Of a stretch of 64,000 nt of DNA, positions 1 to 7,823 are shown in pieces. Source of the DNA: an uncultured Alphaproteobacteria bacterium. GTDB lineage: Bacteria > Pseudomonadota > Alphaproteobacteria > RF32 > CAG-239. Location: positions 5,373-69,372 of the forward strand of contig CAJTMA010000007.1 in assembly GCA_910577205.1 (NCBI GenBank), in the 5' to 3' direction. Position 1 is the stretch's first letter. Each line of letters begins with the position of its first letter. The notes under the pieces were generated by a model. That model was not told the origin of the DNA and searched no databases. It worked only from the letters and a program-made list of their open reading frames with translations. A program made the translations under genes and the position numbers.

Positions 1-222
1 AACGACACCGACATTGTCTTCTTCGAGGTTAAGAGCCATGCCCTTAACGCCGCTTTCAAACTCTACAAGTTCATTGGACTGAACTTTATCGAGGCCGTAA
101 ACATGGGCAATACCATCACCGACAGACAAAACGCGACCGACTTCCGAAACATCAACTTCGACGTCGGCATTCGCAATTTTATCTTTGATGATGGAGGATA
201 TTTCGCTTGCATGTACAGACAT
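1..222 (-). CDS. atpA: F0F1 ATP synthase subunit alpha, 5' part (runs off window edge)
   Basis: Manual translation from ATG at 222: [16 protein letters not shown]...[46 protein letters not shown]. The start overlaps the atpH stop (TAATG). Confidence 0.97.
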   Translation of the reverse strand, partial: MSVHASEISSIIKDKIANADVEVDVSEVGRVLSVGDGIAHVYGLDKVQSNELVEFESGVKGMALNLEEDNVGVV

Positions 223-776
223 TATTGTCCACCTTTCATCATAATTTCCAAACGATTTAATTTTCCGCGAATTGAATCATCAATCATGGAAGAACCAAAT
301 TTTACAATCAGCCCGCCCAAAATTTCAGGACGGATTTGATAATTGACAACCACTTTTCCAGAAAGCATTTTTTCCAAAGCCGCGGTTAAACTTTTATCCT
401 GAGCCGGACTTAGCGCACCGGCAGACTGAACTTCCACCTCCACAATGCCGTTTTTCCGATACCAGATATGCTTAAACTCATCCAGAATCGGAAGCAGTTC
501 GGCAAATCGGTTATTGGATGCAATTATATCAAGGCAATTCAGAGTTTCTTTATCCAGCTTCAGCTTAGCAGCAATCTCGGCCAACGCCTGTTTTTTAGAA
601 TCCAAATTCCAGACAGGGTTTGCCAGATGCTTAACCATTGTTTCATCAGCATGAAAAATTTCGCTCAGGCATTTGACATCCTCAAAAACCTGAGAGACTG
701 CTTTTTTCTCCTCCGCAGCGCCATACAAGGCTTCAGCGTAAGTAGAAATAACTTTGGCTTTTGAAATTTTCTTCAC
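222..776 (-). CDS. atpH: F0F1 ATP synthase subunit delta
   Basis: YAEALY N-terminus, [28 protein letters not shown]-terminus; directly upstream of atpA. Confidence 0.95.
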   Translation of the reverse strand: MKKISKAKVISTYAEALYGAAEEKKAVSQVFEDVKCLSEIFHADETMVKHLANPVWNLDSKKQALAEIAAKLKLDKETLNCLDIIASNNRFAELLPILDEFKHIWYRKNGIVEVEVQSAGALSPAQDKSLTAALEKMLSGKVVVNYQIRPEILGGLIVKFGSSMIDDSIRGKLNRLEIMMKGGQ

Positions 777-844
777 GGCTCTCTCATTTCAGTTTTTTAA
801 TTGAGGTTATCATAAGGGGTAATTCTTTCTAATTTATTAACTTC

Positions 845-3022
845 TCACATAAAACTATAGGGGTCGACATCTATTTCCACACGCACATTTGAAGGGGGCG
901 AAACTTTCCGCAGCCATTCGCGCAAAACATCTTGAATCTTTATGGTTTTAGCGGTTTTCAAGAGCAGGCGGTAACGGAATTTTCCCCGCAGCATATATAC
1001 CGGCGCAGGAGCTGGGCCCAGTGTGGAAATATAGTCATTATTTGGGGCTGTCTGCCCTAGCAAAATGGCTGTTTTTTCGGCTGCGTCACGGTTAGCACCG
1101 GAAACGATTAATGCCGCTAACTTGCCAAAGGGCGGCATCCGCAGCAGGCGGCGGCTTTGCTTTTCCAAGTCAAGGAACTGACTGCGGTCATTTGCCAGCA
1201 AGGCCTTTAATACGGCGTTATCAGGATAGAGAGTTTGCAAATAAACAACGCCTTTTTTAGCGGCACGACCGGCGCGCCCCGAGACCTGCGATAAGAGCTG
1301 ATAAGTTTGTTCTGCCGCTCGCAAATCACTCCCCATCAACCCCAAATCGGCATCTACAATCCCGACCAAAGTCAAACTGGGAAAGTGATGCCCTTTGGCC
1401 AAAATCTGCGTGCCGATTAAAATATCGACCTCGCCTTTTTCCATACGTTCAAACACGGCGGAAACCTCTGCCAGAGATGAGGTTATATCACTGGAAATAA
1501 CGGCAATACGCGCGTCAGGAAAACGCTTTGAAACCTCTTCGGCAATGCGCTCCACTCCCGGCCCGCAGGCGGTCAATCCCTCTTCAGAATGACATTCGGG
1601 ACACATCTTGGGAATCGGCATTGAATAACCGCAGTGGTGGCAAATCAGCCTGCCGGTTTTTCGGTGTTCCGTCAGCCATGCCGTACAATTCGGACACTGG
1701 ATACGATGGCCGCAATCACGGCAAATCGTTAAAGGGGCGTAACCGCGACGGTTCAAAAACAACATGGATTGTTCATTTTTTTCAAGGTTTGCTTTAAGAG
1801 CCTCCACTAATACCGGCGACAACCAAGAAACTCCCCAAACGCCTTTCTGCGGCTTGTCCTTTTTTAAATCGATGACATTAATTTCCGGCATAACCGCGGC
1901 GGCATAACGGCTGGTTAATTTTACGCAACCGTATTTGCCCTCTTCAACATTGCAAACAGTTTCCAAATCAGGCGTAGCGGTTGAGAGAATCAGCGGAAAC
2001 TTTTCAAGCTTGGCGCGCACTACGGCCATATCCCGCCCCTGATAATTAACAACATCTTCTTGTTTAAATGAATGGTCGTGGCTTTCATCAATAACCATCA
2101 GCCCCAAATCGGCATAGGGCAAAAACAAAGCCGACCGCGCCCCGACAATGACTTTCACACGGTTTTCAATAACAGCTTTCCAAGTATCTATTCTTTCCCG
2201 CTGTCCAAGACCGGAATGCCAGCAGGCCGGCTTAACGCCGAATCGTTTTTCAAAACGGCCGAGCCATTGCGTCGTCAGCGCAATTTCAGGCACAAGAATT
2301 ACCACCTGTTTTCCCAACTCCAAAGCGCGGGCAACAGCCTCAAAATAAACCTCGGTTTTGCCCGATCCGGTGACACCGTCAAGCAGTGTTACAGAAAATC
2401 CGGCACCGACTTTTTGCACCAGTTCAGCTGCCGCCATTTCCTGTTCCGCGGTTAATTCTACTTTGGAGAAGCTGCCCAGCGGCTTGTCATAGACTTTCTT
2501 TTTCGGGCGGATAATCGGCTGCAACACCCCGGCTTGTATCAGTGTATTGACAACGCCAAGCCCAACCCCTGCCCCTTGGCAAATTTCCTTGCGGGTATAA
2601 GGAGCATGGCGCAGCAAATCCATCACATGCCAGCGGGCATCCGAATTTTTAAGCTTAGCTTCGGCCAGCGTTTTGCCGCTCAGCGTATAAAGGGTTTCCA
2701 CCTGATTGTCATCAAATACGGCGCGCACGCTGATAACCATTTTCAGCACCAAACCGACAAAAGCCATATTATATTCGGCAACAAATTTGATTAATTGCAA
2801 CAAGGCTGGCGACAGTGCCGGAAAATCCAACTTTTCAATGATTGGCTTTATCTTACCTTCGGGCAAATCTGAAGAGCGGCCATGTTTCCACACGACGCCA
2901 ACCTGTTCCTCACGTCCAAAAGGGACACGGACAATTGTGCCGAGCGGAAGCTCCTCTTCAACTTTATAGTCAAAAGGTTCATTAAACGGCAGCGGCAGCA
3001 TTATTCCGACAACGGAGGTCAT
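845..3022 (-). CDS. priA: Primosomal protein N' helicase
   Basis: LLDGVTGSGKTEVY, DESHD, CxxC zinc clusters, QVSGRAGR, C-terminal DVDPYSF. Confidence 0.97.
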   Translation of the reverse strand: MTSVVGIMLPLPFNEPFDYKVEEELPLGTIVRVPFGREEQVGVVWKHGRSSDLPEGKIKPIIEKLDFPALSPALLQLIKFVAEYNMAFVGLVLKMVISVRAVFDDNQVETLYTLSGKTLAEAKLKNSDARWHVMDLLRHAPYTRKEICQGAGVGLGVVNTLIQAGVLQPIIRPKKKVYDKPLGSFSKVELTAEQEMAAAELVQKVGAGFSVTLLDGVTGSGKTEVYFEAVARALELGKQVVILVPEIALTTQWLGRFEKRFGVKPACWHSGLGQRERIDTWKAVIENRVKVIVGARSALFLPYADLGLMVIDESHDHSFKQEDVVNYQGRDMAVVRAKLEKFPLILSTATPDLETVCNVEEGKYGCVKLTSRYAAAVMPEINVIDLKKDKPQKGVWGVSWLSPVLVEALKANLEKNEQSMLFLNRRGYAPLTICRDCGHRIQCPNCTAWLTEHRKTGRLICHHCGYSMPIPKMCPECHSEEGLTACGPGVERIAEEVSKRFPDARIAVISSDITSSLAEVSAVFERMEKGEVDILIGTQILAKGHHFPSLTLVGIVDADLGLMGSDLRAAEQTYQLLSQVSGRAGRAAKKGVVYLQTLYPDNAVLKALLANDRSQFLDLEKQSRRLLRMPPFGKLAALIVSGANRDAAEKTAILLGQTAPNNDYISTLGPAPAPVYMLRGKFRYRLLLKTAKTIKIQDVLREWLRKVSPPSNVRVEIDVDPYSFM

Positions 3023-3100
3023 TCTCTATCCTTATCCATAACGGCTTCATCATAATGCGAAAGGAAAAAAAACAAAAGCCTGCCTCCTGATTATCCCCAC

Positions 3101-3131
3101 AAAAAAACGGGAGGAATTAATCCGCCCGTTT
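3101..3131. terminator. Intrinsic terminator-like hairpin downstream of the 100-aa ORF
   Basis: AAAAAAACGGGAGGA-ATTAA-TCCGCCCGTTTT: imperfect stem with A/T tails. Confidence 0.6.
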
Positions 3132-3140
3132 TACTCTTAA

Positions 3141-3443
3141 TCATTTTCTCATCTGCCAACAATGAATATACAGCAGCGAGATAAAAGTACCAACAGAGAT
3201 ACACATCCCCATCAACATTTGCGCTTCTACGCTCAAAGAGAAATACTTCACCAACAAAGCAATGAAAGACAGTGTCAATACACCCGTCCACACGGCAAAA
3301 AAACTGAGCAAGCTGAATGAATTCAGAACACATAGTTTCTTTTGCATCAAGATGCGAACATAAATTATTCCCATAACAAGCGCAAGCGCCAGGCATATCC
3401 ATACTCCGTATGCAGATGCCGCAATCATCTCAATCGAATTCAT
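3141..3443 (-). CDS. Small hypothetical membrane protein (~3 TM)
   Basis: 100-aa strongly hydrophobic ORF with its own consensus promoter and terminator. Confidence 0.7.
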   Translation of the reverse strand: MNSIEMIAASAYGVWICLALALVMGIIYVRILMQKKLCVLNSFSLLSFFAVWTGVLTLSFIALLVKYFSLSVEAQMLMGMCISVGTFISLLYIHCWQMRK

Positions 3444-3478
3444 AATAAGTAAAAATTTAATGATAAAGGTTTGCGGCC

Positions 3479-3506
3479 ATTATATCCCCCAATTGCTTTT
3501 TGTCAA
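3479..3506 (-). promoter_or_regulatory. Sigma70-type promoter
   Basis: Minus strand TTGACA-N16-TATAAT upstream of 3443. Confidence 0.65.
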
Positions 3507-3564
3507 TTTTTTTATAAACGGAATTTTAAGCAGTCTTGGTTAAACTCAAATAAAGGATAAAAAC

Positions 3565-4512
3565 ATGAAGACTAATATAGAATTTAAAGTTTCGGCAGGG
3601 CTTAAAAAGCACATCAAAGAATGGCAGAGCTGGCTGCTTGACGAACGGCGCTATTCACCGCATACGCTGGATGCTTATTCTCGGGATTTGGCTGAGTTTT
3701 TTGATTTTTTAAGTACTCACCTCAGCAAAGAGCCGGATATTGATGACCTTGCTCAGTTGGAGGTCCGTGATTTCCGGTCTTTTTTAAGCTTCAGAAGCGG
3801 ACAACACATAGATAAAGCTTCTCTGGCGCGTGAATTGTCATCGCTCAAAAATTTCTACAAATGGCTGGCACGGCATGATATTCTTAAAAATCCTGCAATA
3901 TCAGTAATTTCTGCACCAAGGAGGCCTAAAGTTTTGCCTAAAGCTTTGGAAGCAGACCAGACATTTAATGTTATCGAGGTGGCGGGAGAATTTGCCACAA
4001 ATTCATGGCAGGGCTTGCGAGATACTGCAATATTTACATTATTATACGGTTGCGGGTTGCGTATTTCTGAAGCCCTGTCTTTGAATGTGGGAGATGTGAA
4101 TGACAACGATTTTCTGCGCATCAAGGGCAAAGGCAACAAAGAAAGGATCGTTCCCTTACTGCCCATTGTGGCCGAAAACATTAAAAAATATGTCGCAGAA
4201 TGCCCTTATCAATTCAGGCACGGAGAACCCTTATTCGTGGGCGCTCGCGGCGACAGGCTTGTGCCAAGAATTGTCCAGCGGCAATTGCAAAAAATCCGGG
4301 CATATCTGGGACTTTCCGATAATTTGACTCCCCATGCCCTGCGGCATTCTTTTGCAACCCACCTCTTGGCGGAAGGGACCGACCTGCGCTCAATTCAGGA
4401 ATTATTAGGCCATGCGTCCCTGACCACGACCCAGCGCTATACAGATGTTCAGACTGAAACCATCAGAAAAGAATACGAAAAGGCAGGACTGTTAAGCTCG
4501 TCCGAAAGCTGA
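3565..4512 (+). CDS. xerC: Tyrosine recombinase XerC
   Basis: SPHTLDAYSRDL, LYGCGLRISE, GKGNKERIVP, TPHALRHSFATHLL, LLGHASLTTTQRY; close to priA as in many Alphaproteobacteria. Confidence 0.9.
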   Translation: MKTNIEFKVSAGLKKHIKEWQSWLLDERRYSPHTLDAYSRDLAEFFDFLSTHLSKEPDIDDLAQLEVRDFRSFLSFRSGQHIDKASLARELSSLKNFYKWLARHDILKNPAISVISAPRRPKVLPKALEADQTFNVIEVAGEFATNSWQGLRDTAIFTLLYGCGLRISEALSLNVGDVNDNDFLRIKGKGNKERIVPLLPIVAENIKKYVAECPYQFRHGEPLFVGARGDRLVPRIVQRQLQKIRAYLGLSDNLTPHALRHSFATHLLAEGTDLRSIQELLGHASLTTTQRYTDVQTETIRKEYEKAGLLSSSES

Positions 4513-4522
4513 ATATAAAAAG

Positions 4523-4550
4523 AAAAGGGATGCCAGACGGCGTCCCTTTT
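4523..4550. terminator. Bidirectional terminator between convergent xerC and rpmG
   Basis: AAAAGGGATGCC-AGAC-GGCGTCCCTTTT. Confidence 0.75.
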
Positions 4551-4577
4551 TAATCTTTCTCTGAAAACTGAAGATGA

Positions 4578-4745
4578 TTACTTCAATTTCTTTTCAACGA
4601 ACTCTTCGTGCTTTTTAGACTTCTTGTCATATTTTTTCAAAGTCAATTTTTCCGGATGAGTCCGAGGATTTTTTTCAGCAAGATAAAAGGTACCGGTGCC
4701 GGCAGTGCTTTCCAATTTTACTTTTACTTTAATTGCTTTTGCCAT
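4578..4745 (-). CDS. rpmG: 50S ribosomal protein L33 (absent from the ORF track, 55 aa)
   Basis: Manual translation MAKAIKVKVKLESTAGTGTFYLAEKNPRTHPEKLTLKKYDKKSKKHEEFVEKKLK. Confidence 0.93.
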   Translation of the reverse strand: MAKAIKVKVKLESTAGTGTFYLAEKNPRTHPEKLTLKKYDKKSKKHEEFVEKKLK

Positions 4746-5011
4746 GATTCTATACTCTTAAAATTAGGTTATATCAAAACATTTAGGCGTAATATACAGT
4801 TTTTGAAACGTTTGTCAATAAGATTTTTAGGTTACAGAAATATGAAACCTGATAAATTTTGCGAAAATTTATTATTTTGTCTATTGTGTAACGAGAAAAA
4901 TTATGCTATGGTGGCGTTCTAAAATATATTATTTGCCTATTATGATGCCTTATCTCATGGTGACATATCAGGTGAGATTTATTCGGAAATATTAACTAAA
5001 AAAATAACAAT

Positions 5012-5236
5012 ATGGAAAAGAAAATTATTTCCGCAGCAATTGCTGTGGTTGCCGCAGTCATTATTTATTTCGGCGGTTGGGAGATTATCAAATTCATTGG
5101 CAGCAATGTGTTCGAATTTCCTTGGAACTCAGCGGCTATTCTGCTTCTCTCGCTCTGCACCATTGTGCTGATGTTTTGTACGGTGTGTCTTCCCTACAAA
5201 ATTTATCTCAAACTGATAAACACCAATGAAAAATGA
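5012..5236 (+). CDS. Small hypothetical membrane protein (2 TM)
   Basis: 74-aa hydrophobic ORF; its stop overlaps the next start (ATGA). Confidence 0.65.
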   Translation: MEKKIISAAIAVVAAVIIYFGGWEIIKFIGSNVFEFPWNSAAILLLSLCTIVLMFCTVCLPYKIYLKLINTNEK

Positions 5237-5505
5237 AAAAAACATTCTTCATCTTACTGATAGCGGCGGCAGCAATTGCTGCCAATATCATTTTCCCCGG
5301 AAGCAAACTTGCCGCCATTATTTTGGCTGTGATTTTGTTTATCGGCGTTCTCCCCAAGCTGATTCTTTTTGCACTCCGCATGGATGAGAAATACGATCCT
5401 ATCAGGCGCAAAAGGCTGATGGAAAAAAGAGCCAAAGAAAAGATGGAACTAGAAGAAAGATTGAACAAAATCTGCCGCGAAGTGCCGCAGGAACACCTTC
5501 CCTAA
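5233..5505 (+). CDS. Small hypothetical membrane protein (2 TM + charged tail)
   Basis: 90 aa, coupled to the upstream ORF and followed by a terminator. Confidence 0.65.
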   Translation: MKKTFFILLIAAAAIAANIIFPGSKLAAIILAVILFIGVLPKLILFALRMDEKYDPIRRKRLMEKRAKEKMELEERLNKICREVPQEHLP

Positions 5506-5526
5506 CTTTCGCTTTTCTCTCCTCTA

Positions 5527-5600
5527 AAGACCGGAAATTATCTTTCCGGTCTTTTTTATGCTTCAAACAAAACCGTCCGGCGGATAAACCGGACGGTTTT
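5527..5600. terminator. Two adjacent terminator hairpins
   Basis: AAGACCGGAAA-TTATC-TTTCCGGTCTTTTTT and AAAACCGTCCGG-N8-CCGGACGGTTTT. Confidence 0.7.
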
Positions 5601-5702
5601 CAGATGGCGGTAAGCTGTGTCTTATTTTGAACGTTCAGTTATCCGCTTTGCCGCAATCCGTCCCCGAAAATTCTCTCCCGCTTTTCGGGGATAAAAACTT
5701 TA

Positions 5703-6023
5703 TCAGGCTTCCAAAACCACGCTGACATTAAGCTGATAATAATCCAGCAGGTAACCGATATCCATATTGGTTATGGCGGCGCGCCCGCTTTCTATTTTCT
5801 CCAGGCTTTTAAAGTTAACTTTGGTTTCGCGGCAGACTTGCTCCCGGCTGATGTTGCGCTGTGAGCGTATCATCAACAACCAAATACCGAGCGTCCGCCC
5901 GATGGTGGTTTGCAAATCTTTGGGTGTGATTTGCAGCGTTACTTTTTCTAACATTCCAAGCTCCTTTAGGTTTATTAATCCCCGCTCCTTAGAATTGAGG
6001 AGAGGCTTTAAAACAAAAACCAC
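5703..6023 (-). CDS. XRE-family helix-turn-helix protein (start uncertain)
   Basis: IRSQRNISREQVCRETKVNFKSLEKIESG fits the HTH_3 pattern. Confidence 0.6.
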   Translation of the reverse strand: MVFVLKPLLNSKERGLINLKELGMLEKVTLQITPKDLQTTIGRTLGIWLLMIRSQRNISREQVCRETKVNFKSLEKIESGRAAITNMDIGYLLDYYQLNVSVVLEA

Positions 6024-6433
6024 CTTTTTGGAAAAAAGGTGGAGGAGCTGAAAAACTGCAAAGATACAGTCAGTCTTATTCGTGCTTACGCCTTATATCG
6101 ACCACTCCTCCGAAAAGAGGATATTTTATCTTTGAGATGTTTTTCAGACACCACAATCAGTCTCCCGATTGCGAGAGTTATATTAGGTGATTATTTTTAT
6201 TTTGCAATCAAAATATTGCAATTGTTTGGTTGGGAAGAAAGTCGGCTGATGGGGTGGTGAATATTGGGAGGGCGTCTGGGGTGAGTGGCGTATATGGATG
6301 GTCAGGTGTTGAGATGGTGGTGAAAACATGGCGGCAAATATTGGAGCAATGAGTGGTGTGCGGAGGGAGAGAAGGAAAAGGTGATGCAAAGAGCAGTAGG
6401 AGGGAAGAGTGGCTGGCGCAAAAAGGTGGAAGA

Positions 6434-6568
6434 GTCATTCTGAGGAGCTATGTGACGAAGCATCCATGCTTAAGCAGCCGCACTGTTGGCATCGTGCCGG
6501 TTTGAATATGGATCTTTCACCGCGTTGCGGCTCAGGATGACGAACAAAAAACTGCGGTTCGGGATGAC
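6434..6568. repeat. REP-like palindromic element
   Basis: Outer arms GTCATTCTGAG (6434-6444) and CTCAGGATGAC (6531-6541), inner arms GAAGCATCCAT/ATGGATCTTTC, and a partial extra arm GCGGTTCGGGATGAC. Confidence 0.55.
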
Positions 6569-6701
6569 AGATAAAAAAATGGAGAATGGCGCGGAAGAAA
6601 GCGGCGGCTGAAAAAAGAGGAGAACAGCAGCAAGAAAGGTAGAATTTCCGCCGGCGATTTAAGCTGATGCAAGAACAAGAGCGACCTAGACCTTAGACTT
6701 T

Positions 6702-7823
6702 TCAGTTCTTTATATTCTGTTGCAGATATGTGTGAGCAACATCAATATCCAAATCAGATGAGCCTCGTTCTTGCCGAACACAAATGGCTGTCTTTTTATG
6801 ACGTTGTATTATTTTTTCAGGGTCTGTCGTTTCCAATTCCCCTACCGTGCAAATATCCGGCATAATGCCTTCGCCTGCTACTTTTTTTCCTGAGGGCAAG
6901 AAGACCAAAGCATTCGTTAAAGCCAGGCGGCTGTGATTAGGCAGTTCAGTTAATTTCTGAACGCTGCCTTTGCCGTAGCTCCGCGCACCGACGACAACAG
7001 CACGGCTTTGTTCCTGCAACGTTCCGGCCAGCACCTCGGCAGAAGATGCCGTTTGGCCGTCAATCAAAACCGCAATGGGTTTATCCCCCAATATATCTCC
7101 ATCCGGCGCATCATAGATTTCTACCGAATCGTCCTCTTTCCCTTGCACCGACGCAACAATTCCGCCGTCTAAAAACATTCCGGCTATTTCAACAGCTTGT
7201 TTAAAAGCGCCACCCGGATTGCCCCGCAAATCTAATATAAGGCCTTTCACTGCCGGATATTTTCTGATACCCGTTGCTAAAGCTTCGCGGCTGAATTTGT
7301 TCATTGCCCCCAAACGGACATAAAGGATGCCGTTATCCATTACCCTCTCGGAGTAAGCGCGCAGAACTTTGCCGGAAGATGCCGGAGAGCGGCTTAACTC
7401 CAAATCAGGATAATAAGTTGAGTCGACATCAAAATCTTTGATACCGTAAGCTAATATTGTATCCACAATTTCAAAATCTTTTCGCATCAACTCGGGAGAG
7501 GCTTTTTGCGCGGCTTTAATCAGTTTTTGCGTTAAAGCAGCCCAAGCTTTGGCATCCTGCCGGTTTTCCGGTTTACGTTGTGTTGTCTGCAATCTGCCAT
7601 TGGCATAAAGGGATAAACGCCCGCCGTCATCCCCTACCCTGATGCGCGAATCAATTTCTTTTAAGGCTTTCAGTGAGGGCACGGCCAATTGCTCTATTTT
7701 TGCAGGAAGGACATATTCATCGCGAACCAACTGATAAACCTGCTCCAGGACTTCGGTATCTCCCGCATAAACCGGAGCGGCTTTCAATAATGATAAAAAT
7801 GTGAAGCAGACTAATCTTTTCAT
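6702..7823 (-). CDS. S41 family C-terminal processing peptidase, secreted
   Basis: Signal peptide; LILDLRGNPGG, TASSAEVLAG, SYGKGSVQ, GIMPD. Confidence 0.9.
   Translation of the reverse strand: MKRLVCFTFLSLLKAAPVYAGDTEVLEQVYQLVRDEYVLPAKIEQLAVPSLKALKEIDSRIRVGDDGGRLSLYANGRLQTTQRKPENRQDAKAWAALTQKLIKAAQKASPELMRKDFEIVDTILAYGIKDFDVDSTYYPDLELSRSPASSGKVLRAYSERVMDNGILYVRLGAMNKFSREALATGIRKYPAVKGLILDLRGNPGGAFKQAVEIAGMFLDGGIVASVQGKEDDSVEIYDAPDGDILGDKPIAVLIDGQTASSAEVLAGTLQEQSRAVVVGARSYGKGSVQKLTELPNHSRLALTNALVFLPSGKKVAGEGIMPDICTVGELETTDPEKIIQRHKKTAICVRQERGSSDLDIDVAHTYLQQNIKN

Noticed and set aside
3565..4512. Tyrosine recombinase as a mobile-element integrase
   Set aside because: Its size, motifs and position beside priA fit housekeeping XerC; no att sites or cargo are associated.
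4608..4922. 104-aa + strand ORF
   Set aside because: Antisense shadow of rpmG and its promoter.
5600..5700. Possible c-di-GMP-I riboswitch on the minus strand (GGACG...GCAAAGC...TTACCG fragments)
   Set aside because: Spacing and stems do not fit the consensus, and it lies 3' of a gene.
6039..6438. Short ORFs in the G-rich tract
   Set aside because: Their composition reflects strand skew; no RBS or recognisable motifs.
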